From positions 1-64,000 of the forward strand of contig JBFLGF010000218.1 in assembly GCA_050230475.1 (NCBI GenBank): a stretch of 64,000 nt of DNA. The letters are read 5' to 3'. Both the position numbers and the translations under genes were made by a program. The notes under the pieces are model-generated. The model saw only the letters and a program-made list of their open reading frames with translations. It was not told the DNA's origin and made no database searches. Numbering within the stretch: the first letter of the stretch is position 1; every line of letters starts with the position of its first letter. Below, piece after piece: positions 52,885 through 64,000 of the stretch. This stretch comes from Ancylonema sp. Lineage: Eukaryota.

Positions 52885-55800
52885 CCTGCACACACCCCCT
52901 CGGATGCCATGCTAAAGTTGGCATAAATGCAGACATCAAATGGAGTACCCAAGTCATTGCCAAAACATGGCAGAACCATTGCAGAACATATAAAACACTT
53001 TTGGTCTTCCCTAGCATACAAGCGTGCGAGGGGTTTCTATCAATAACTGCAGCCGTTCGGAAGACGATCGGAAGACGATCGGAAGCCGAGAAGACGATCG
53101 GAAGCCGATCGGAACTCCAGAAGACGATCGCTCCAGATCCTTAGTCGTTTTTAGGGCCGAAGCCCTGAACATACAAACAAATAACACAAGTTAGGCGAAA
53201 AACAAAAAAACTTATGAAAATATTTTGGATTTCTTAACTTTTTCAACTTCACGATTCTGAAAACTTCACACTTTCCAGTCAGAAAAAATCTCAAAACAGC
53301 ATAACTTCAAAATCAAGTCCTATCAGCACCAACTTTTGACACAAGTTTTGCAACAATGATTAGGACATACATACGAAAATTCAGAGCAAACTGACAAGTT
53401 TAAAGTTGATCACACTTGATCTTAAAGTGTCCTTTTCAAGTGTTCTTTTCAAATTAAGGTGAAAGTGTGACTTAGCTGGATGAGCTGAAGTTGGTGTACC
53501 CTCCCCTTTACTTCTGCATGAAAAGAAACATAACAACCCACCCCCTGCCAACAGGCATGGCATTCGAACCCTTCGATCATAAAAATAAAAGAAAAGACTG
53601 ACACCCCCAGTTCAGTATAACCGTCCAAAACCTAGACTTTTGCTGTGTCTGTCGTCCAGTAAAACTTGGGGTAGGGGAAGAGCTTTAGTTAGCATATCTG
53701 CTGGTTGATTGGCGCCGGCAAGATACACATATTTTAGTCTCCCCGTGCTGTGGCATTCCCGTACGTACCCAGTGATATACCACATTAAAATGTTTTGCTT
53801 TCTCTCTTTGCACAGGATTCTGGATCATGGAGAGAGCTGAGAGGTTGAGTCAGTGTGGATTGGTGATTTGGTGTGGGAATTTGAGTTCTTTCAAGAAGAG
53901 ACTTTAGATAACAGCACTCTTTAGATACACTACACAGGCAGCGATATATTCAGCCTGAGCAGTGCTCTGTGCAACAGTGGACTGCTTCTGCGACTTCCAA
54001 CTCAGTGCTGTCCCCCCAACCGTGGTTACCCATCCTGTGACTGACTTTCCTGTCATGCTGCAACTGTTCCATGATGCATCGCAGTAACCCTTTACTTCAA
54101 ATATGTCCTTTCCCACAAACGTCAGTCCGTGGTTCACAGTCCCTTTAAGGTATCTGAATAGTTGATGTAGAGCCCTTATGTGTGCCACCCCAGGATTTCC
54201 CATGTGTTTTGCCAGTACCCCAAGTGCATACCCGATGTCCAGCCTGGTTTGTTTCATGGCATATATGAGTGATCCCACTTTCCCACGAAAGTCTGTTATT
54301 TCTTCAGGGGTAGGGGGAAGAGTTGGTTCATCATTCTGTGTGAATTGAGTTCCAGGGGCGAGGGGGAGTTTGGTTGGATTACACTCATGCATCCCATAGC
54401 GTTCAAGCACTCCCCTTAAGAAACCTGACTGTCCCAGTGTGAGCAGTCTTCTCTGTCTATCCCTCTTCACTTCCACCCCCAGGATATGGGTTAGGGGACC
54501 CAGATCCTTGACTTTGAACTTTTTACCCATATCTTCTTTAAAAGTTTTGACGACCATTGCGTTAGGACCTGTGATCACCTGATCATCTTCTTGTATTCCC
54601 AGTATGATTCTGCGTCTGCTTCCCCCTCATATATATACATGTGTCCATTACGCATTGTGTAAACCCTTCAGATATCATAAACTTTCTGAACATCTCTTGC
54701 CACACGTGGCTACTCTTTGTTTTAGACCGTATAAAGCCCCCTTCAGTCGTAAGACCTTTCCCTCAGCACCCCCATTGATATACATACGTGGTGGTATTTT
54801 CATGTAAACTTCTTCTTTCCAGACGTCCATGCAGGAACGCTGTGATTACGTCCATCTGTTACTGTCGAGTACTGGTGCAAATACTTCGTTATAGTCAATA
54901 CCCTCTTGCTGTAAGAATCCCTGTGCGACCAGTCTGACTTTATATCTTTCTATAGTCCCCTGTGGTGTTGTTTTGACCTTAAAAACATATCTGCACCCCA
55001 CAGCCTTTCTACCTGGAGGAAGCACACACACCTCAAAGGTGTTGAACGTGGCAGCGAGCTCTTCCACAATGGCCCTGTCCCACTGGTCCCAGTCTGGCCT
55101 CATCATCGCATGGTTGAGGGTGAGTGGCTCGGAGGAGTTGCTGTTAGATGCTACGCACGCGTAGCCCGGATCCACAAGGACCGTTGAAGCAGTGTAGAAA
55201 CTGCTGGGCTCCCACTCAGTCGCTGAGTAGTTGGCGTGTGCTGCGTCATCGAACTCCTCCCCCCCCCCATCACATCACGAGATCCCCATACTCAGCAAAG
55301 TTTGCTCGCCTTCTAGCCATCACCCGATCAGCTACGCTGCCTGGCTCCCCCACTTCTGGGTTCGCACCCCCTCCTTGCACCTCCTCCTCCCCTGCATCTC
55401 CACCTCCTGCGTTGGTTGATCCCTGACTGGCTGTCGGACAGCACAATCGTGGCGTTAGGGACCTCAGCAGCTTGTGGCTGGAAGTTGTCGTGCGGATAGT
55501 CAATGGCAGCTGCTGGCTCAGGGACTGCTGGTTCTGCTGGTGCTGGGATTGGTTGGAGAACTGCTGGCATCGGTTACAGAACTGCTGGCATGATTGGGTG
55601 GAGTGCTGCTGCTGGCACAACTGCTGCTGCTGGAATGTTGGGGTGGACTGCTGCTGCTGGTATGTTGGGGTGGAGTGCTGCTGCTGGCACAACTGCTGCT
55701 GCTGGTGCATCTTCGGGGTCGGAGAAAAGGTAGAAAAAATGTTTTTCTGCTGCCGCCTGAACCTGGGGAGCTCTCCCCCCCATGAGCTTCGGGTACCCCG

Positions 55801-58590
55801 GCACCTCTTCGAAGAACCGCACCACGTCCCGTGATATCCCCCCCACCCTATGGGGGTCGAAAACGTTGTAGCCTGCACTCCCCGCAGCCATCCCCAAAGC
55901 AAGTGCGAGGGGCAAACTTGTCCCCTTGACTATTCTTTTCCCCCCCAATCTTCAAGTATTGGACCAGACACCCAAAATTATGACTTTTGTACAATTTCAT
56001 GTTCTTTCCCTCCCAGACTTCAATTGGGATTCTGCCAGCAAGCGACTTAGTGGGAGTTCTGTTTCTTAACCAGTTTACATGTAATAATGCCACATCCCAA
56101 TACGACTTCGGTAGACCTGACCAGATTAAGCTGCATCGCATTTTTTCTGACAATGTTCTATTCAGTCTTTCACAGAATCCGTTTTGTTCACGACTGTATG
56201 TTTCTGTGGTTTGCTTGTCAATACCCTACCCCCCACAGTAGTTTATCCAGTCCTGAGACACATACTCCCCACCCTTGTCTGTCCGTATAGACTGTAGTGG
56301 CAACCCTGACTGGACCTCGAGCAATTTATAGTGACTTTGCTCGGTTCAGTGCTTCATCCTTTGTTTTTAGCAAACTGACAAATGACAGACGTGTGGATAC
56401 CTCATCCCTATGTGAATCCTCCGTTAGCTGATAGCAGACCTGACAGACAGTGGTCCAATGAGATCCAGGTGGATGCGACCCATCTTGGGGCATGTCCCCA
56501 GATCCTCACTGACCTTAGCATGACTGAGCTGAATCATCTTCCCCTGACAACAAACCTGACATCCCTTTACTTCAGTTAATTCTTCCTGACTTAACTGTGG
56601 GATGTCACCACGTCTGACAAAATCTGACATCACATCAGAACTGGGGGTGACCCAGTTTGTGATGCCAAACCATGCCTGTGGACAAATTTGCTCTCGTATC
56701 ATGAGATCCAGGCATGACGATTGTGGCAGCAAGCAAAGTCAGACCACTAGGCTGCTGCAGCACATCAGCCCATTTCACATTTCCCTTGTTTAATTTTGGA
56801 CCCGTGGGCAGCTGTAGAAAGCTCAGCCCACCTCTTTTGACGAGGCACGATGTCGACGAGGGTGCAGGCAAACGTAGGGACGTGAATAGAGTTCTGAGTG
56901 GCTACACAAAAAATGTGTCGCCATTCCTCACTCGGATGTGCACGAAACCAGTGCCCTCCACCTTGTGTGACGAGCCGTTAGCAGTGGTAATGAAGGCCTT
57001 CTGCGTGCTCAGGGTAGGTGTGTACTCCACAAAATGTTCACGTTCCGTGAAAATGTGGTCGGTAGCACCTGAATCCAGGATCAGGGAGTCTGTGTGAGAA
57101 CCAGCAGACAATGCTCGAGCAACATCGAACGAGAAAGCACCGAAAGCTAAATAATCCACATTGGCGTCGAAGGGTTTGTCAGCAAAGCGTGCAAGTCTAG
57201 CTTGTGCATCAGCCCTTCGAGCAGCTTCTGGGTTCAGGTTCATTAGAACAGACGTGCGTTTTCTGCATTGTTCAATCGTGTGCCCTACATGTGTGCCCTA
57301 CAATGTTGCAATATCTGCACTTCTGCCTCTCCCCTGAACTTCCCTGAGTAGCGTGCGCTACATTTCTCGCTGCTGGCGATGTCGCAGGGCACTGAGCAGC
57401 TCGGTGGCCTGCCTGGTGGCACCTGTGACATTTCCAGGCTCCGGCATGGCCTCCGCCAAGCGCTTGTGAAGGGCAGTTCGCTCTGATGTGGCCGAATTTG
57501 TGGCAGCCGAAGCATTCGACGCGTGCAGCGTCTCTGCGACCAGCTCCAGTCGCTACCTCCTGCTCCATTTCCCCCCCCACACCATAATGCGCTTGGTGAC
57601 CTCCTGGCAGCGCCCCCCTCTTACGCTCATTCACCTCCTTCCTCACGTCGTCGCGCAGCAGCGCACTCACGATGTGGGGAATCGTGAAGAGGTGTGGTGA
57701 CGACTCGGACCACGGCATTAGCGTTGAGACCATTGGGTTGTAATGCGTGTTTCAAGAGTTCAGCAGGTTGATCGCCTGCTTCGTCGGAGATACTGGCGCC
57801 CCCAAATTCTTCAGATCCTGGTGCAGCTGCTGAAGACGCTTGACGTATACGTTGAGGTCCTCCGCCTCTGTCTGTATGATCGCGCTCAGCAGTGCTTCCG
57901 TATTTGCGATCTCGATCGCACCCTGCACCTGGGTAGAATGTCCCTCAAAGGCATCATCCCACATTCCGGCAACTCGAGCTGTCCAGTCCGTGACGTGCGT
58001 CAGCTCCGAAGGACCTAGGTGCTTCACAATGTATGACATGACATAGCAGCCAGATTGTCTTCATCCCATTTCTCCAGCTCTAGCAGCTGCTGGGAAATCT
58101 GCTGTTGTCTGACCAATCTTTCGACATCAACGTCGATCCCCCTGGCGGCAAATTGCAACTCGATGTCAGGTGTCAATGGAAGGATAACGTCTGGGCGACA
58201 CTTTCGCGGCAAGCTGTCCCAATCCATAACCAAACGATGCAATTTCGTGTCCGCCAGCCCATACTTGACCTTGAAGGCCCATCCTGTATAATCAGCTCCA
58301 GTAAACTGAGGGATTTGCGACCTATCCGATCCGTCATTGTGGCAGCTATAGGATTTCACAAAATTTCTCGCTCAGCTCGAGTTCTCAGTGCAATTCCTGC
58401 ACTGCAGCACTCAGCTCGAAAACTTGCAGCGCAATGTCAAAATTACGTGCAGCACTTAACAAACTACGAATATATTTGCGCTCACAGGCAGAATATACCG
58501 TTCACAGTGATTACCGCAGCGAAATCGCGTGGAGCCTTTAGTTTTTAACCAACACGGCGTCTGAACTAGACCGCACGTGGGCCCATAACC

Positions 58591-59044
58591 TATAAGCTTT
58601 TGAGTGATTAGACGTGCCGGAATAATTAGGTGGGCGACAAAACGAACCGTACGCAAAAGGATCTCTATCACTGATGATCAACGAGACAGGAGTTGCGTGT
58701 GTGGAACGAATTATTATTGTGATTGCGTCGGGGATGGTAATACCCGATGCCTTTACAGATTGTTGTGTGCCGACGGTCGGCACAATTGACCGTCGGCCTA
58801 TCATTGACTGACAGCTCTTCTACATGTCAACGGCACATGCCGGACATTTCTGACACGACTAAACAAGCCAATCACGACGCGTCAAACAAATAACGTCTCT
58901 AAGCGTCGGAAACATGTCAGGTGCCCGGGCACAAACTTGCCCGGCCCCGCATACAGGCACATCTAGAATGCTCCCGGTTATTAGAGTAACCGGTTACAAC
59001 TGGACTAGCAAGCATAACATATGGCTATCCAAAATATTCTAACA
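58591..59044 (-). repeat. 5' LTR of the minus-strand copia
   Basis: Begins TGTTAG and ends TATA on the minus strand, directly followed by the PBS. Confidence 0.95.
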
Positions 59045-60600
59045 GATCCAACAAACGAATCCAACACTCCTGCGCCCGACCAAGCTGTGGCAATGGACCA
59101 AGATGATCAACTATCAAACCAACAAGATCCACCAGTACAACCTTCAATGGATCCTACAACAACAAAACTGCAAGTTACTATAACTACACTTCAAAATAAC
59201 AAGGAAGAATGAGATCAAGCATACGTAGACCTTCTCCGACAACACCACCAACTACGGGACAACATGATGAGCCAGCATGCGGGCGAAATCGCAGACATTC
59301 GTCAATCCATCAACCACGAGGTGGAGTTGCGTATCGCACCACAAATTTTGCACCAAAAAACAATTCATGAAAAACACATTGTTGACACTATTCACCAAAG
59401 GGAACAGGCCACAAGAGAGGTCAACAAATTGAAACGCAGACTAGAGAAAACAGTGGGCAAATTGACACTGCTGCGACACGAAATGAAGACATTACGGAAA
59501 GGGAAAGAGGTCGATGGATCATCTGACTCCAACACATATGCACCAATGGGAGACTCCGACCAAACCACCACTCTTGCAGGGGTACGTACTACACAGGATC
59601 ATCAACGTGGACCCATATCTCCCGATGATGCACGCACGACCTCTCAACCGCAAAAAAATGCAACCAAATTTTCCTTCACTACCTATCGTCTTAAAAGTAG
59701 AGGCATACTTGGTCATGCATCCCACAACCAGTAGCGGACCCAGTGCAACACCCTCACCAACATCTACACCCCAATCTCTCAAGTCACAACCATTCCCCTC
59801 GATACAACCATGAGTACAACATATCGCAACAGGAGGAAACACCAGCTTGGGACAACTCTTCATCACCAACATGGAGGCAACATCCCGCCTACCTGCACCA
59901 CGCGAGGTCACTACATACCCTCAAGATTAAAGGGATCTCACTACTGTCGAAATTACCAGATCCATCATACGACAATTTCCCAACCAATACCAAATCACCT
60001 CAACATTCAGAGTACCCACACTTCAAACCATGATAGACTGGAAGATCGTTCCTGCAACCCTCTAGAAAATTCAACAGGAGGAAATTCAAAGGCAAATTTA
60101 TAAACCCACCCAACCAGACATTATTACTCAGGTGGTACAGGAAAATGTACACCAAGGCAGAAAACTGTTAGCTTCGGGGAGAGCCAGAGCTCAGGCAACC
60201 ACCCAACCATTTCCCATAGCTCTTACCTGGAAGGGTCGCCCACTCCATGGAACGAAACCTCTTCCCTCTACTATCAGCTACATCCGCGAAGAGTGCTCCA
60301 CCCAAGAAGTACACATCTGGATCCCCTCGGCTAACGCAAATCTGGCTCCACTCGTCTACAGTCTCAAACAAGGAAGACTCATCAAAGGCGTCACCATCGC
60401 CATACCAGATCTGCACCGCAAAAATCTTGTGCGACAAAACTTGCGCAAACTACAACTTCTCTACCCACATCTATTACCGGACTCAACCATCAATTTGTGC
60501 GACAATATTTTACCACCATGAGCTGAGGACATCACCTTGGCTTAGATGAGGGAGTTGGTCGCAAAACATGGACCAATCGACATTGTGGGGGGGAACTAGC
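59045..60600 (+). pseudogene. Fragment of a TE-like ORF: coiled-coil/low-complexity region followed by a degenerate C5-cytosine-methyltransferase-like domain (~60290-60595)
   Basis: Reading through two stops in frame with 60132 gives QEVHIWIPSANANLAPLVYSLKQGRLIKGVTIAIPD..LRKLQLLYPHLLPDSTI..LPP*AEDITLA*MRELVAKHGPIDIVGG. Confidence 0.5.
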
Positions 60601-60644
60601 ACACGGAGACACACCGATCATTAAGTGGAGTGCAAGGGGTCAAG

Positions 60645-60800
60645 CATAGTTGCACCAACACGTGGCTGCCATTTGCATACGGCCCATACATAATTCTTGC
60701 CGTATGTAGTTTTCCATACGGCTAGTTTTTTATATATAATTAAAAATTTTGTTTTGGATTTTTTTGGTACACATTTTTCAATCCGAAAATTATGCTGGGT
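60645..60800. mobile_element. Terminal fragment of the CATAGTTGCACC hAT-like MITE family
   Basis: Homologous to the reverse complement of ~27975-28146. Confidence 0.75.
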
Positions 60801-61189
60801 CATTTTTTTATTTTTTCAATGGTTAATTTTTTCCATCCATTGTATTTAAAGTTATTTTAACTACTTAATATATGTTCATATTTTGATAAATAATGATAAA
60901 TTGTTTTTTAATCTCAAACTCCGCCTCCTTTTCATTTCATATTCCATCTACTTTATTCCATTTTTATTATCCGGTGCTCTCATGTGCTTGTGTGTGAGAG
61001 GGAATAAATCAGTTTGGTTCAACATTAAATACGAACATTCAGTAAGTACCTATACTCGCCTTCAAGTATCTATTCAAACCCCATACGAATAGCATATGTA
61101 GCATAGGTACATTTATGAGAATGCCGATCTAAGGGACACAGTTAGCCGCCGACTCGTTGACATACACCTACGTCTTTACTTTTAATGTA

Positions 61190-63610
61190 GGCACACAAAA
61201 AAATAAAAATCGAAGCGACATTCTTAAAAAAATTGGAGGAAATAAAACGTAAAAACAAGCGAAGAGATCCAGTTGATTGGGACGAAATAGTGGCCAAAGT
61301 GAACGAAGATATGTTTGAAGAGTCGGACTCTGCGGATGAAGAAAAGGCGCAAGAGCGTTTTTCGGGAAATGAAAATGACGAAGCGGACGAGTATGAAAAT
61401 GAAGGCCGCGAAGAATACAACTCATATGCATCCGTCAATAAAGCGCTCGCGAATACATCAATCATCACAAATTGAATACTACTCAATGATGCGGAGCCTC
61501 AATCCTCAACAAAAATCTCTTTATGACCATTGCATGAAATTGGCGATGTCATCTGAACCAATGATAATTATGATAACATGTGGCGCGGGTGTTGGAAAAT
61601 ATGTACTCATGCGTGCTCTACACGAAGGCTTCACAAGACTATTTGCGAGACAACCAAGCAATACACCAGACCTCTTGAAAGTTTTAAAAATGGAACCAAC
61701 AGGATCAGCCGCATTCAACATCAACGGCGTTCATACCGGATTGAAAGTGCCTTATAATGCCAACGCCAATTCCTTGACGACCGAAAAGTTGAGCACCATG
61801 AAAGCTGTAAAGCTGTGTATAAAGACGTTAAAGTCGTTTTGCTTGACGAAGTTTCATTGATCGGTCACAAATTATGGACAGCGATTGATAAACGACTCCA
61901 AGTTATGAAGAACAACAGCTTCTCTTTCGGAAACCTCCATGTCATAGCCATCGGTGACTTCTTTCAATTACCGTCGATAAATGGTGTTTGACAACAGTGG
62001 AGACCCCAACTTAGGTCAACTATACATGAATCCCTGGTCCGAATTTCGAATGTTCGAACTCACGGAAATCATGAGACAAAAAGATGACCAAGACTTCGCC
62101 CAATTGTTAAACAGACTCCGAGAAGCAAGACACACCAACATGGACATATCTCAACTCAAGACACGAAAGCTTCCGCAAAACGTCCAACACAAACAAACCG
62201 TGCGCAATAACGAGAGCAATAATATCTTCGATTCACATCTCTTCTACCTAAACGAGTCGGTTGAGAATCATAACGACAAAGTGTTCAATAAGATAGAAGA
62301 AATTGAAGGTCACGCTTTGCGAGCAAACGATAAATTTTTGGCGGCTCTAGACCCCGAATTAAAACAAGCATATATCGAAAAATTGGATGGAATGAAAACG
62401 AGTGACACGGGAGATTTATTCACGACACTCGATTTAAAAAAAGGAATAAGAGTGGAAATTTCAACGAACTTGGACACAAGTGATGGATTATTCAACGGAT
62501 CCCCGGGAGAAGTGCATAGTCTGTATAAAAATAGAAAAGGTCGAGACATTAAATATCAAGTTCGAGATCCCAGAGATCGGAAAGAAATGGATGCGAGAAA
62601 AATATCCAAAAATGGATAAAGAAGACTCATCAATTGTTTCCATTCCTAGAACACAAACGAAGTTTAACTTGAGGAAAAAAGACAATATGAGCTGTGTGAC
62701 ACGAGAACAATTTCCATTGCGACCCAACACGGCCATTACAATTCATCGATCGCAAGGAAGAACAATCCCTAAAGGAGTAATAGACCTATCCAAAGCAACG
62801 CTTCCCGGAATGCATTACGTTGCTCTAAGCAGATTCCCAAACCTATCTAAAATCTCCATTATTGAACTCAACGAGAAGAAAATCAAAGTGCACCCAGGAG
62901 TTGTAAGTGAAATGGAAAGACTTCGAACCACGAGACAACTCGCGCTCATCTCCCAACCTATAAATGACATTCCCAAACCAAAACTCCGCATCATGTTCCA
63001 AAACGTGAGATCTATGAATAAAAATTTCGAAGAAGTGAAAAACAATAAAGAATTTCAAAGTGCCGATGTCTTATTATTTTGTGAAACATGGACAACCGAT
63101 TTTAATACAAACGAAGAAAGCTTCCAAATTGAAAACTTCAAAAAACCATTCATAAAACATGGTTGGAATGCTCATAGGGGAATGATGGCTTATATGAAAA
63201 CCAATAAATCCATACATCATGACACCCGACTTCGAACTCTGTCATATATTATTTGAATCACAAGAACTACCTTACTCTATAATCTCATTCTATCAAACAA
63301 CCAAAAACAAAAATATAACAGCCTTCATAAAAACTATAAAAACAATAATGAACGATGAACGATCCAAGGCAAAAAACAAATACTTTCATCATAATCGGAG
63401 ACGAAAACATCGACGTCACCTATTGACGCATCAGACCAAGATGACCAAGAATACCTCGAAGGCTTACGCAATCTAAAATTAAAACAAATCATATCTTCTC
63501 CCACAATAATATGTAATTCCATTCTATATCATATATGTATATCAGAAAAAAATACTACTCATTTCGGACATGTTCGCAACACGTACTATAGTGACCATAT
63601 GCCAATATAA
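61190..63610 (+). pseudogene. Helitron RepHel C-terminal half: PIF1 helicase fused to an APE/EEP endonuclease
   Basis: GAGVGK, PTGSAAFNING, LDEVSLIG, FGNLHVIAIGDFFQLP, LTEIMRQKDD, NLDTSDGLFNG, REQFPL..AITIHRSQG, YVALSR. Then APE motifs FQNVRS, FCETW, IGDENID and YYSDHMPI* (TAA 63608-63610). Several frameshifts. Confidence 0.93.
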
Positions 63611-64000
63611 CTAGACATAAATAAGAACTTTTTTTTTTTTTTTTTTTTTTTTTCGCAACCCCAAAAAACCCTAGTATAAGGGGGGGGTCGAAAACATTAA
63701 AAAAAATTAACGCATAATGCGTGTACTTTGGATGTACATGTGTAAACCATAAATGCACCTAAAACAAAAATATTAAAAAGTATTTAATACAAAACAAAAC
63801 AAAACACTTCCAAAAAAAAAAAAAAAAAAAAACTATCGGTGTACCGCAAGAGTTATGGCTTTTAGTTGAATTGGCAATAGCCAGACCCCTTGAAGTACAA
63901 GGCACATCCTACAAGGATGGAGGGTAGAATATAAAATAGGAATGCCGGGTTGTAGTAGGGGGCCTAACACTCATGGAATCGTTGAAAATGTATGATTTTT

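Larger units (their letters stand above)
52436..59044 (-). mobile_element. Full-length but frameshifted Ty1/copia LTR retrotransposon (Osser/Hemivirus-like)
   Basis: LTRs 58591-59044 and 52436-52884; PBS ggttatgggccc (58590-58579). Order: gag with three CCHC knuckles, protease ILDSGATDH, WHHKLGHP, integrase, RT (RYKVRLVAQGFLQQEGIDYNEVFAPV), RNase H (GYCDASW..WKSQKQSTVAQST..AEY). Integrase before RT is the copia order. Confidence 0.95.
33721..63850 (+). mobile_element. Giant decayed Helentron/Helitron2-type rolling-circle element with cargo genes and nested insertions (boundaries tentative)
   Basis: Rep-PIF1-APE coding remnants at 47.7-50.7 kb and 61.2-63.6 kb. A uniformly AT-rich block starts abruptly at ~33.75 kb. 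Candidate terminus AACAAG + tacggt-tag-accgta hairpin at 33721-33742. T-rich left and A-rich right subtermini. Confidence 0.6.

Noticed and set aside
55270..55902. Gln-rich and Cys/Trp-rich ORFs
   Set aside because: Alternative frames of the PAAA-repeat linker between copia integrase and RT.
33856..63810. 10-bp inverted match gaagtgtttt / aaaacacttc as Helentron subTIRs
   Set aside because: Both lie in low-complexity T/A tracts, where chance matches are likely.

Overview
Eukaryotic, intron-containing DNA. The plant-like genes, algal-type hydroxyproline-rich protein and Osser-like copia elements suggest a streptophyte green alga (inference). The left half (1-33.7 kb) has five host genes: a TGD5-like Gly-rich protein, ETHE1/GLX2-3 persulfide dioxygenase, a GH2 endo-beta-mannosidase with reading-frame lesions, a secreted Pro-rich chimeric protein and TFIIE-beta. 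Between them lie two CRE-like non-LTR fragments around a 1-kb (TAA)n array, a 1.64-kb foldback element with 491-bp perfect outer arms, and many hAT- and Tc1-type MITEs. The right half (~33.7-63.85 kb) looks like one giant, decayed endonuclease-encoding Helitron (Helentron/Helitron2). It has an OTU-like + HUH Rep + PIF1 helicase + APE endonuclease ORF. Its upstream cargo includes a spliced RPA70-like OB-fold gene, an LRR protein and several ORFans. The RepHel ORF is split by ~10.5 kb of nested DNA: two half-tRNA-primed copia elements, a fragment with a degenerate C5-cytosine-methyltransferase-like domain, and a MITE end. All calls come from reading motifs by eye; no database searches were run.
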